Shown one piece after another: positions 24,058 through 36,506 of a stretch of DNA of 64,000 nt. The translations under genes were made by a program, and so were the position numbers. Position 1 is the stretch's first letter. Each line of letters begins with the position of its first letter. This DNA comes from Pocillopora damicornis. Lineage: Eukaryota. Where the stretch lies: NCBI RefSeq assembly GCF_003704095.1, contig NW_020843442.1, positions 124,001-188,000 on the forward strand. The letters are read 5' to 3'. Below the pieces are notes generated by a model. That model was not told where the DNA came from, did no database searches, and was given only the letters and a program-made list of their open reading frames with translations.

Positions 24058-26728
24058 ATGTCATCTGATGTTGCCTTGAAAACCGCACTGACCATACTCA
24101 TTATTGTGGACATCAGTGGTAACTGTTTGGTCTGTTGGGTCGTCAAGAGAAATCGAGATATGAGGTATGTTGTATCTGTTATAGAATACTTAGCCGTGTG
24201 TCCCTTAGTTATAGGCTTAATTTCGTCTTCAGGGTCCTCAGAGTAATTGCAAGCAGTAAGGCAGAGGGCTTCGGGAACGAGGTCACGTAATGCTCAATTG
24301 CGTTTCCAGCTCGACACAAGCGTAAAGGCATGCGCAGTGAGAAGTTACTATCACATGGGAAATCACGAGGCAGAAATGAGCATGCATGGATCCTCATGCT
24401 TTTGACACATAATGAAATCTACTTTTCGCAGTTAACATGCTCTTTTATTCTCCTGAATTTATCGCGTATTTGTGAGAAAGCAAATCCTCATTTCCTTTTC
24501 TTTTTGCATCTTACTTCTTTGAAGCTTTGCTGGTATTGTTTGAATGATATTGTTTGAATATCATATTCATTCTTTAGGACTCCGTTTAATTGGCTGCTTG
24601 TCAACCTAGCTATAGCAGATATCACGTTCGCGGTTTTCCAAGTACCGAATCACATTTTAACGTTCACCCCCTCTGATGTGACCATTGGCTCAGCTTTATG
24701 CAAAGTGCTCACCGCTGGTAATGTGGCCTGGGTCGGGGCGGCGGCTGGAACCATTACTCTNNNNNNNNNNNNNNNNNNNNNNNNNNNNNNNNNNNNNNNN
24801 NNNNNNNNNNNNNNNNNNNNNNNNNNNNNNNNNNNNNNNNNNNNNNNNNNNNNNNNNNNNCTCACCGCTGGTAATGTGGCCTGGGTCGGGGCGGCGGCTG
24901 GAACCATTACTCTGGTCGTAATAGCATTTGAACGTTATTATACCGTCAGGTTTCCTGTCAGTGGCAAAGGAAAACTTACCAAGAATACAGTGAAGGTGAC
25001 AGAATAGAAATGTGATCACAATATAACGGTACTAAAGTCGAGCTCAGAAGTTTACAGTTTATAACCATGGGCGCCCCCTTCAGAGAAAGAAAGCCTAATG
25101 AACCGGCAAGAAGCAAAAGTGTAGCACACTCAGAATCGGCCATTAATAACCACCTAACATCAGTATACACATTTTCTACACTATTCTGTATTCAGATTCC
25201 AAGATGCTGACAAGAAGAATTTGAGACCCTGACCCTAAGCAGTCAAGAGCTTCTTCTGATCATTTCCTTTATTCTCATGACCTTGATGTTGGACTCAGGG
25301 CTGACATTGTAAAGAGAAATTAAATGCTAGACACTCCTAAGGGTTAAAGGGCTCAATGTATAGAGCCATTGTAATGGGTCTTCTGTCTTAAAAAGAATTG
25401 CACCGCAATTTTAAAAGTTTCTCCTTATAGCACTAGTTAGGAATAGAAAACGTTTTGTTGATACAACATCTTTTGATATCTCAGGTTATCATTCCTGCTT
25501 GTTGGATCTTTGCAGTAGCAGCAAACATACCACTTTTCTTGGTTACAAAATATGATGAGAAAGAGGGAGACTGTCGGTGGAATTGGCCTGAAGACTGGAT
25601 GGGTGCGGTGAATGACACCTCATGGCTTGTGCTGTTGGCCTGTATTCCTTTTACATTGATGATCGGCTTATACTCGAGGGTCGCTTATGAATTGTGGTTT
25701 AAGCCACGTGATGGTCCTGTAGTCGTTTGTAGGTACAAGGTAATGATGATTTAAGATAGTTCACCTCGTATCACAGAAAAAGATAAATAACTCAGCTAAC
25801 TCGGTCACGCGGGTGGAAAGTAATCAGCGAAGAAACGGTGAAAGATCATCGTTGGCTACGTTTTCTTGGCTCGACTCATTTTCTTTGCGTATTTCTTTTC
25901 ATCCTTGCGTCGTGCGATGCTAAGAAAGAGGAGAGGGTCTTAGACTGGGTATAAAACTACTTCATTTACAGGCCCGTATCAATGTCACTTCAACAAAAAG
26001 GGGTTGAGATATTATTCCTTCACCTACATGATATCTGGGCAGTCCTACCGAGAATTCTGACGTTACCGTTTGAGCTTCGACTCGCAGAAAATAACACGGC
26101 GCTTTACGCGTTCGTAGGGATTTTGTTATTATGCAGTGGTGGGTTAAACACTTAGGAACATACTTAGGCTTAGAATTAATAAAACAACTTAGTGGGGAGC
26201 TGTTAACCGAGTGGTTCATTCTATTCTGACTACACTCTTCTTTTTCAGGGAATACNNNNNNNNNNNNNNNNNNNNNNNNNNNNNNNNNNNNNNNNNNNNN
26301 NNNNNNNNNNNNNNNNNNNNNNNNNNNNNNNNNNNNNNNNNNNNNNNNNNNNNNNTTAACCGAGTGGTTCATTCTATTCTGACTACACTCTTCTTTTTCA
26401 GGGAATACTAAGAGTGCGCAAACGAGTCACATTGAGTGTCATCACTATCAGTATTATCTTTGGAATCTGTTGGATCACAGGCCTTCTTATTTACTTCTTG
26501 AGTAACTATAACATTCTTGTGTTCGGTTCAGCTTCTGACTTCGTTTCTGACATCATGTTCATGTTTAATTCTTGTGTCAATCCTTTCGTGTACGCGCTGC
26601 TCAACGAACGTTTCAGGCAGAAGATCAAGGCAATGTTACACTGCACGTGCAAATCAAAGAGATGCTCCCCTGCAACACACGAGCCAGCAACGATAATCCA
26701 TCAAAAGAACCAACTAAATACCAAGTGA
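24058..26728 (+). CDS. Class A (rhodopsin-like) GPCR copy 2, neuropeptide-receptor-like, ~317 aa
   Basis: Exons 24058-24164, 24578-24995 (contains a 100-N gap with a duplicated overlap), 25485-25739, 26402-26728; GN in TM1, NLAIAD, FERYY, NPFVY. Confidence 0.85.
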
Positions 26729-27489
26729 AAATCAAAACAATTCAGAGGAATTCACCATATTAACAGTGCATATTTTGAAATATTTTTAATCTATAGCAAC
26801 CCGACCGACTTCCCACTAATTAGATCCTCTCTAGAAAATAACCGCGTGGTGTTTAGATCAGTCCTACGATGTACTTAGAAATATTAAGTTTGTAAGATGT
26901 CTTAGATAAGTGTCGACGTTTTGCCGATAAAGGCTGATTGCCCAAAGTATTAAATATGATCCAGAACTGACAGTAATCTTTTCAGTAAGGTCTGTAGGTG
27001 GATGAGCCAAAGCTCGCCACACAACCATTATATTATCCATATAGGAGAGGATGAACCAAGAGGGACCGTTCTCTTTTTTTATCATATGCGTACCTCCTTT
27101 AGCTAGAAAAATTTAAACACTACATTTTAGGGTATGGGTTCCTGTTCGGATAATCAGTTGTACGGAATGATGTACATACTGAAGCGAAAAGTTAGGCGCC
27201 CCATCCTCCCTTACTTATGTGTTTATAGTTATATTTAAGTGATAAGAAATATTCATCGTCAACTTTATCATTATGAAGTATCGATATTTCTAGAAACAGC
27301 CTAGGAACAACTCCATACCATCCCTGACAATTTGCTTTACAAGGTATAGTTGCTCGAACAAGCATTTAATAAAATTCACGGAAGCTTCNNNNNNNNNNNN
27401 NNNNNNNNNNNNNNNNNNNNNNNNNNNNNNNNNNNNNNNNNNNNNNNNNNNNNNNNNNNNNNNNNNNNNNNNNNNNNNNNNNNNNNNNA

Positions 27490-28676
27490 AATATTGTGAC
27501 CTCTGGCCAGATTTTAAGTGTTGTTATCGCCATGTGATTGCCTTGTTTTTTCTGGTGAAGCTCTCACACGAGCGAGCGATCAAGTTGAAGGATGTGTTAG
27601 CAACGTTAGGTGAGGGTTTTGTCAGTAGCTGTCCACGTTGCAAGCCTGTTTCTTCAAAGAATCTGAATTGCGACTTCCGCAGTAGATTGAAAGGAATCAA
27701 ACATGAAGAATACGGTAAATTTCCTCGTTGTAGACCATCAGTGTTATGTGATTCTTTAAGTTTGCAGCCACAAACGGTTGTATTTAAAATAAACGTGTTT
27801 TAAAAAGGTATTTACCGTTTCCGTTTTAGCTAACCAAAATTTTAACTCGCGCTACGCTCGCAAAAAGCAGTTTGATACTCGCACGATAGACTCGGTATAG
27901 ATGGTGACATAGTTGTGAAGGTTTTATATGAGAGTTTAATCTCAGCGACTAACCGAACATGAAGTTTTTAATGTTTATTATTTCAATTCTGCAACCAAAT
28001 TGATTTAGCCATGACGAGGAGCTGTTCTAAAAATTCATCCGCTGACCAGTGGCTAATACTGTTTACATCTAAGTTATCACTGTTCTTGCGAATTTTATTT
28101 GCACGAGTACTTCTCTTATAGCTACACCGTCCGAACATTCATAATACCATTATTAAAAAAAAGATACGAACTCGTCAGGGTAATTCGTGCTTCTCTGAGA
28201 CGAAATAATTCAAAATTGATTGTGGTGCTTCTTTGAAACGAAAGAACATAAAAATGACAGTGGTAAATCCCATGTTATTCTTAGTGAAGTGTCTAGAAGA
28301 GGAAGGGCCCAACAAGGAATATTTAGCTCGAGGAAGCGGCATGGTTGTTCGTGCGTCAGAAGTGAAAGCCAAATATTTTCCCTCCGGCCCCACCAAATTT
28401 AGTCACCAAGCATTTATCCTATGACGTCTAAGTCTTTAAAATTTCGAAATGATGCTTGAACCTGAATAGGATGCGATTACATCGTAAGCAGACTGCTCAT
28501 TAGACAACTTGAACATGATGAAACCTTTTTCCTTATGTCTTCAAGTCAGCAATGGAAATTCTTAATTCATAGACTAAGGCGATTTATTTTCCCGTTTCTT
28601 TCTTATTCCACACCTATAGAATTCTTGTTCTTGGAAAATGTTTAATGATAAATATGAATTGCGGGATCGGAGTCGC
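27490..28676 (+). repeat. Third copy of the kinase-2 upstream block
   Basis: Direct match to 9921-11298 with an internal ~240 bp deletion. Confidence 0.9.
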
Positions 28677-29072
28677 ACGTCTGATCGACTGGATAGACTC
28701 GAGAAGCAATGGCAGGACGAGCGCAGAACACAACGAAATGCGTATGATGCGTTACGTGACGAGAAACGCGCGTGTGAAGAACGTTTGCAACGCGCTCATG
28801 TTGATGTTAAAACATACCAAAGACGCAACCATGTCTTAGAACATGAAATTGATAGAGCGCGTCAAACTACTGACATATTCCGTGGAGATCAACCATGGAT
28901 CATCACAGGAGAAGAAATCAAACTCTCCGATAAGGTTCTTGGTACTGGCGCGTGGGGAAGAGTCCTTGAAGGGAATTTTCGAGGAACAAAAGTGGCAGTG
29001 AAAGAAATCCACGAAATAATTCAATCACCTCATAACAGACTCCTCTTTGATCGCGAAATCACGTTTGCCACT
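28677..29072 (+). pseudogene. Kinase 2 copy C: internal fragment (end of coiled coil to subdomain III)
   Basis: TSDRLDRLEKQW...GTGAWG...VAVKE...REITFAT fused directly to the upstream block on the left and to the GPCR 3' flank on the right, with no gaps. Confidence 0.85.
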
Positions 29073-29714
29073 GTTTGTCAGGGATGGTATGGAGTTGTTC
29101 CTATGCTGTTTCTAGAAATATCGATACTTCATAATGATAAAGTTAACGATGAATATTTCTTATCGTTGTTATTTCTTCTCAAAAATCAAATATTAAGCAA
29201 AAGAAACAAGTTTAAGTGCCACTTAAATAAAACTATAAATACATGAGCAAGGGAGGATGAGGCGCCTAACTTTGCGCTTCAGTATGTACATCATTCCGTG
29301 CAACTGATTATCCGAACAGGAACCCATACCCTAAAATGTAATGTTAAGTTTTTCTTGCTAAGGGAGTTGCGCATATTTTAAAAGAAGAGGACGGTCTCTC
29401 TTGGTTCATCCTCTCCTATATGGACAATGATTTCATGTAATGGTTGTGTGGCGAGCTTCGACCTATCCACCTATAAACCTGGATCATGTTTAGGACTTTG
29501 GGCAATCAGCCTTTATCGGCAAAACGTCGACACTTATCTAAGACATGTTACAAACTTAATATTTCTAAGTACATCGTAGGACTGATCCAAACACTACGCG
29601 GTTATTTCCTAGAGAGGATCTAATTAGTGGGAAGTGGGTCGGGTTGCTCAAGATTAAAAATATTTCAAAATATGCACTGTTAATATGGTGAATTCCTCTG
29701 AATTGTTTTGATTT

Positions 29715-31977
29715 TCACTTGGTATTTAGTTGGTGCTTATGATGGATTATCGTTGCTGGCTCGTGTGTTGCAGGGGAGTATCTTTTTGATTTGCACGTGC
29801 AGTGTAACATTGCCTTGATCTTCTGCCTGAAACGTTCGTTGAGCAGCGCGTACACGAAAGGATTGACACAAGAATTAACCATAAACATAGTGTCAGAAAC
29901 GGCGTGAGAAGCTGAACCAAACACAAGAATGTTATAGTAACTCAAGACGTAAATAAGAAGGCCTGTGATCCAACAGACTCCAAAGATAACACTGACGGTG
30001 ATTACACTCAATGTGACTCGTTTGCGCACTCTCAGTATTCCCTGAAAAAGAAGAGTGTAGGTAGAATCGAATGAACCACTCGGTTAACAGCTCCTCACTA
30101 AGTTGGTTTAATAATTCTGAGCCTTATCGATAGGTCACATTATTCCTAAGTGTGAAACCCACCACTGCATAATAGCAAAATCCACAGGAACGCGTAAAAT
30201 ATCGTGTTATGTTGTCTGTGTGAGATATTGGGAAAGCTGGGTGAGCGAGTTGAAGCTCAATCGGTGACGTCAGAATTCTCGGTAGGACCGTTCAGATATC
30301 ATGTAGGCGAAGGAATGATATCTCAATAGCATTTTATTAGAGCGTCATTGGTACGGATCTATGAACGAAGTTGTTTTATACCTAATCTAAGACCCTCGTA
30401 GATTCGTACGACGCAAGAATGAAAAGAAATACGCAAAGAAAATAAGTCGACCCAAGAAAACACAGAGAAAGATCTTCTTTCACTTGTTTTTCGCTGATTA
30501 CCTTCCACCCGCTTGACCGAGTTAGCTGAGCTATTCATCTTTTTCTGTGATACGAGATGAACTGTCTTAAGTCATCATTACCTTGTACCTACAAACGACT
30601 TCAGGACCATCACGAGGCTTAAACCACAATTCATAGACGACCCTCGAGTATAAGCCGATCATCAGTGTCAAAGGAATACAGGCCAACAGCACAAGCCATG
30701 AGGTCTCATTCGCCGCACCCATCCAGTCTTCAGGCCAGTTCCACTGACATTCTCCTGTTTTCTCATCATATTTTGTAACTAAGAAAAGAGGTATGTTGGC
30801 TGCCGCTGCAAAGATCCAACAAGCAGGAATGATAACCTGAGATATCAAAAGATATTGTATCAACAACACGTTTTTTATTCCTGACTAGTACTATAGGATT
30901 TGCAGTGCAATCTTTTTTAGACAGAAGACCCATTACAATGACCCTATACATTGAGCTCTTTAACCCCTACGGTGTCTAGCATGTAATTTCTCTTTACAAT
31001 ACCAACCCTGAATCCAGCATTAAGGTCGTGAGAATAAAGGAAATGATCAGAAGAAGCTTTTGATTGCTAAGGGTTAAGATATCAAATTCTTCTTGTCAGC
31101 ACAGTAATACCGATGTAAAGCTGTAAACTTTTGAGCGCGAGTCTAGTACCATTATATTGTGATCACATTTCTATTCTGTCACCTTCACTGTATTTTTGGT
31201 AAGTTTTCCTTTGCCACTAACAGGACACCTGACGGTATAGTAACGTTCAAATGCTATTACGACCAGAGTAATGGATCCAGCCGCCGCCCCAACCCAAGCC
31301 ACATTACCAGCGGTGAGCACTTTGCATAAAGCTGAGCCAATGGTCCCGTCAGGGGGGGTGAACGTTAAAATGTGATTCGGTACTTGGAACAACGCGAATG
31401 TGATGTCTGCTAAAGCTAGATTGACAAGCAGCCAATTAAACGGTGTCCTACGGAGTGAAGATGACATTCAAACAATATTATTCAAATAATACCAGCAAAG
31501 CTTCAAAGAAGCAAGATTAAAAAGAAAAGAAAAATGAGGATTTGCTTTCTCACGAATGGGCGGTAAATTCAGTATAATAAAAGAGCATATTAACTGCGAA
31601 AAGGGGATTTCACTATTCGTGAAAGGCATAGGGATCCATGCGTGCGCATTTCTGCCTAGTGATTTCCCATGTGAAAGGCACTAATGATAACATCTCACTG
31701 CGCATGCCTTTCCGCTTGTGTTGAGCTGGAAACGCAATTGAGCATTACGTGACCTTGTTCCCGAGGCCCTCTGTCTTGCTGCTTGCATTAACTATGAGGA
31801 CCCTGAAGACGAAATTAAGCCTATAACTAAGGGACACACGGTTTCGTATTCTTTAACAGATACAACATGCCTCATATCCCGATTTCTCTTGACGACCCAA
31901 CAGACCAAACAGTTACCACTGATGTCCACAATAATGAGTATGGTCAGTGCGGTTGTCAAGGCAACATCAGATGACAT
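29715..31977 (-). CDS. Class A GPCR copy 3, complete, 317 aa
   Basis: Exons 31977-31871 (GC donor), 31447-31183, 30836-30582, 30041-29715; total 954 nt in frame; NLALAD, FERYY, NPFVY. Confidence 0.88.
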
Positions 31978-34900
31978 GACGGAAGGTTGGCAATACTATT
32001 GAGCTACAGAGGTTACTGTGTCTGAAAACTGAAAAAAAAAAGTTACCAATACTTTTTTGTGTGCCTCTATGAATAAGGTTTACTCAGAAACCTAAAATCT
32101 TATGAGCTCCCTTTCATATAATTTCCCGGTGAAGACTGGTTTGCTCAATTATAAATTTATGGTATACACATCTTAATAAATTCCTCGCAATTACAACTAC
32201 AATTTATTTTCCCTGTCTCCGTCGGGAACAGGGAAGTTCGGATGACCACAATTAATTGCGACTAAACTGATTTTAATGGCAATTTTATAACTTAACGTTT
32301 CCCGGCAACACGTGCTTTTGCTTTAAAAATCGACAACGTAGATAGAGGCCTCCTACAGCGTGTTCAGTAACTGCAATTATTTCAGCACGTTGTGTGCACT
32401 CTAAGCTCGCTACCTAGAGCAAGTTTCAGTGAGTTAAGACGTCCAACACTCAAACATTCATAAGCTACACTTGGCCGTATTGAAGAAACATTTTCCATTT
32501 GCCGAGGATTCCAATCAATAAGAAAATCCAAACAAATGAGACATGTGGTATATGCCCAATAAGGAAACGTAAATTAAAAACTACGACTGAGAACGTTTCT
32601 TTCATAATTGTCAAGACTAAAGTAAGCATTATTCAGGAATGACAACGTCAACTCGCAGCTAAGAGCAATAAATTTAATGGGTTCCGTTGATTTTACAACC
32701 GATCACGTACAAAATTCTGAGGCAGTAATTGCTAGGAAACGAAGTTTAATTGAAGTTTGAAGTGCTCACCAAAAAAAAAAAGGTACAACTAAGACATCGC
32801 TTTGATCTTTAATTCAAAGTGATTTTTGTAAGTGTGTGCGTGTGTTCGTGTGTGTGAAAAAGCTTAAAACAAAAAAAGTTAAATGATAAAATGAACAAAA
32901 GAGAAAGAAAGGTGCCAAGCTTCGATCATCAATTAATTATTTGTGCCGCCTGAATGTAAATATTAAATAAAGAAAATTAATAAGTTGGCGGAGAATGTTA
33001 AATGTTTCAATCCAGGTACAACCCAAACGTTGATGAAAAGTCTATTCCCAGATATCAATTCCGTCCCATTTGCTCTCACTAAAACCAATTTCTTCGAACA
33101 TTAGGATAAAGATCATTAAGAAATGTAATGTTTTGAAGAAAGCGTCATATCTCGGAAACGCTCGAAGCAACTCGAAAAATATTGATTTGAAGATAAAAAT
33201 GCCGAGTCACGGAATCTTTCTTTCATTTAAGAAAAATACAGAATATAACATCATGTCCCATATAACTAATGAACCCGTGCGAAAAAATCTAAATTGTATA
33301 AAAGTAAAATTATGATAAACTATTCTAAAGCGCTTGTTAGGTGGCAACGGATAATCTAAAAAGAAGGAATCGATTTTGTTCGCAAGATACCTTGCCAGAC
33401 TTTGGCACAAATTTAGGAATTTTTTGTTTGAAAACCTACAAATCAAGCTACCCGAAAAATGAATTTATGGCATCTAATGACTTACCAACCTGAATTGTCT
33501 TTACGTTGAAACTGCAACTGACAGTTGTTCGAATCTTACTTCATTGTAGTCTTCAAGGAAATCAATTTTCATTCTAAAATACAATCAGGTATGTTCACAC
33601 TGGACAGTTGAAGTGTACTTGAAATAAATTTTAAGTGCTCTGAACAGGTCTCGTTACATCTGATTGGCTATACTTAGTTACCATGGAAACCTCAAACCTG
33701 TAAGTGACGCAGTGAACCCTCGAGCAAAGTAAAGAAGTTGTTGGAGCCAGGGCACTCATCCAATTAAAACGCGGGAAACTAAGGGACTCGTCTTAATTTA
33801 CTGACTGGCTGTGGGAGGAGAGAGGTTAGGGGATTTTGGTCCTGTCACTTTACTTGATGCCTTCCCCCCCCCTCATAAGGCTCTCTATGGTCTCATACCC
33901 AGACCTTTCACGGTCTACAGGATGGGCAGTTTTTTTCTGTCTCGAAGGAGTTTCACTGTTGCACTGTTCACGAGGATTAAGGTCACTGTTTGTGTATTGG
34001 GACTGAGCGCTGAGAGGGCGTATTCGTCGGCGCATTCGTCTTTGGGGAAGTTTCGTAAATCACCTCAGAAAAAATTGCTGGAAAGAGTCACGAGGATGAT
34101 ATGAACGGAAAAGAAACAAGTTTACAATCAAACCCAAACTAGTGGTTACATATTTGGTTTGCACGGGGAAAAAAAATAATACAAATTATAGATAGATTCA
34201 TCCTCCAGCATTTTGTTCATCAAAATTATCTCTTTTAGTTAGCGATACCATCATGGTAAAGAAAAGATTGGTTTTATTCAAATTGAATTTGATAAAGCAT
34301 ATTCTCTCTTAGACATTTATGCACGTTGGTTTTTTCTTTTGGTTATTTTCCAAGTAACCTTGAACTGGAGTAGTAATAAAATCATAAGTTATTGTTTGGC
34401 GATGACCTTTCTTTAATCGGGCGGTATGTGAAGGTGCCATTTTGTAAACAAAATGCTTATTGTAACCAAGCTCCTGCTCTTTACAGTCTCCATCACCCAA
34501 ATAACTAGGTTTGCGTCAATGATCATGATGAATTGAAAGAACCGCACCATGACCTTAAAACCCTATTGCTTTGTTCTAGATCAATGAGCGAAATGAGATG
34601 TGGGCGGATTTGGCATTTAAATCAGCTAAGCTCTGAAAATTGATTGCCATGGAAGATTCAACTGCGAGTCGACTTTTATCTGTGTGAAGTGAATGAAATC
34701 CTTTCGGGGATTATATTGAAGCGTAAAATGTATTTTTCTATCGCTTGCTAGAATGGTGAATTCACTGTCGGATTAACATCTGGTGGTAGTCAAGTAATTC
34801 AAAGTATCTGTTTATTTTAATAGCATTTATTCAAATATGAAAGAAATCGATTATTTAATGAGGCTTTAATGAAGTACTTTTTTAAATTCAGTCTGTTGTC

Positions 34901-35615
34901 ATTTTGTATTTTATTGAAAACGAAGTGAAATAAGACTGGAAAGAAAATCGCGTGATTTTTTGCGTCGATTTAATAATGTACATAAGAAGGCGGTAGGTCG
35001 CTATCGTACAAATACTTTGTATTCGCGCGAAAACTGTCCTGAGGTCAAAAAAACAAAATTCTGAAATCGTTCGTCCAATTGTTCAAATACATTTCGAAAT
35101 GAAAACATTTGTCTTTCTCTGAGCGATAACAAACTTTTTGAGACGTGACCGCTTAAATTGGTCACGCAAGTCCTTCCTCTCGTTACTGTCCGACAATAAC
35201 AACTTTGCTTACGTAAATGAAGTTCCATTCATGATGAACGACTGCCCAAGCTCCAACATCTGCGAGCAGGAAAACTCTCATGACAAAATAATCCACTCAA
35301 ACCACTTTGGCTGTGCAACTACCCGGTTGATTTTTTGATGAACTCATAAGAAATCAAAAGTGGAATGGAAGTGTTTTCAGGAGTAGGATTAACAGGTAAA
35401 ATTCAAAAGTAAGTCGAGCTTCAATAGATAAGAGAAGCCGAGAAACCACCAATCTCTGCTCGTCAAAAGGCCCACACCTATGAGATCTTGATAATTTGCA
35501 TTTACAAACACAACACAAGGAGCATTCCGCACGTCGTGTTTTGTTTAGCTCTCTGCGGTGCGGCTGTTTTTCTGTGCGTTGCAATCTCTGCTTTCTAGCT
35601 CCAGAACTCTTTAGA

Positions 35616-36506
35616 ATGGCTGATATCAAATTGAGCAAAGTTAAAGGAAAGCTACAGGGTTTGAAGGATAAGATCGAGAAGGCCGAAGATCGATGCAATG
35701 ACTGTAAGAACGAGCTTCGAGAGGTAGAGGAAGCCTGTGACAAAAATGAAGGCGAAGCAGATTCATTCAAACGAAGAATTCGCCTCGTTCAAGATGAACT
35801 GTCAAAAACTACGGAAGTTCTGGAAGAGAAACAGGCTAGATTGGCCGAAATACAGGCAATTTCGTGCGAGCATGAGGTCGCCTGCAAAGAGCTGGAAGGG
35901 ATAGACCGCGAGAGCGACGAAAAACTGACTGACATGGAAGAGAGGGTTCTTGCAGCCATGCAATTAGCAAAGGAATCCGATGCACGTCTACAAGAAGCGA
36001 AGCAAAAATATAGAGTCACTGTGGGCGAGGTGGAGAAGACAAAAGAACGCGCTGAATACTTAGAAGGAAAATGCCAAGAGTTGGAGGACGGTATTTCTAG
36101 CACAAGCACCACTTTGAGAGACATGGAAGGTCGGGATGCTGAGTCTGCGGAAAAAGAACAGGAGCTGCTAGAGAAGTTGGAGTTCTTAGAGGGACAGCTG
36201 AAAGAAGCTATTGCCCGCGCAGAAGAAGCCGAGCGCAAAGTGCAGCCACAAGAAACCATCATCGATGACCTGACGCAAGAACACGATTCTTATGCGGACA
36301 AAATCAAAGATATCGAGCAAGAAATGAAGAAAATGGAAGACATGGTGGAAGCGTCAATAGATGATGTTGATGTACAAGAACCTAGAAAGGTAACAGATCG
36401 CTATCAAGTACAGGAAGAGCACGAGCCCGGGGAAGAACCGACAAATCCCGAACCCGAACCGGAGCCAGAACCCGTCAGGTCCGAAGAGGAAGAAGATGAA
36501 GAATGA
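35616..36506 (+). CDS. Intronless tropomyosin-like coiled-coil protein, 296 aa, with an acidic Pro/Glu-rich tail
   Basis: MADIKLSKVKGKLQGLKDKIEKAEDR...SFKRRIRLVQDEL...LKEAIARAEEAERKV match tropomyosin heptad signatures; AATAAA at ~36859. Confidence 0.85.
   Translation: MADIKLSKVKGKLQGLKDKIEKAEDRCNDCKNELREVEEACDKNEGEADSFKRRIRLVQDELSKTTEVLEEKQARLAEIQAISCEHEVACKELEGIDRESDEKLTDMEERVLAAMQLAKESDARLQEAKQKYRVTVGEVEKTKERAEYLEGKCQELEDGISSTSTTLRDMEGRDAESAEKEQELLEKLEFLEGQLKEAIARAEEAERKVQPQETIIDDLTQEHDSYADKIKDIEQEMKKMEDMVEASIDDVDVQEPRKVTDRYQVQEEHEPGEEPTNPEPEPEPEPVRSEEEEDEE

Noticed and set aside
24708-26407. Apparent exon duplications either side of 100-N gaps (24708-24760/24861-24912; 26202-26255/26356-26407)
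   Set aside because: Identical overlaps flanking gaps and absent in copy 3: unmerged contig ends.
35496-35615. 40-aa upstream extension of tropomyosin
   Set aside because: It begins at TTG, not ATG, and the typical N-terminus starts at 35616.
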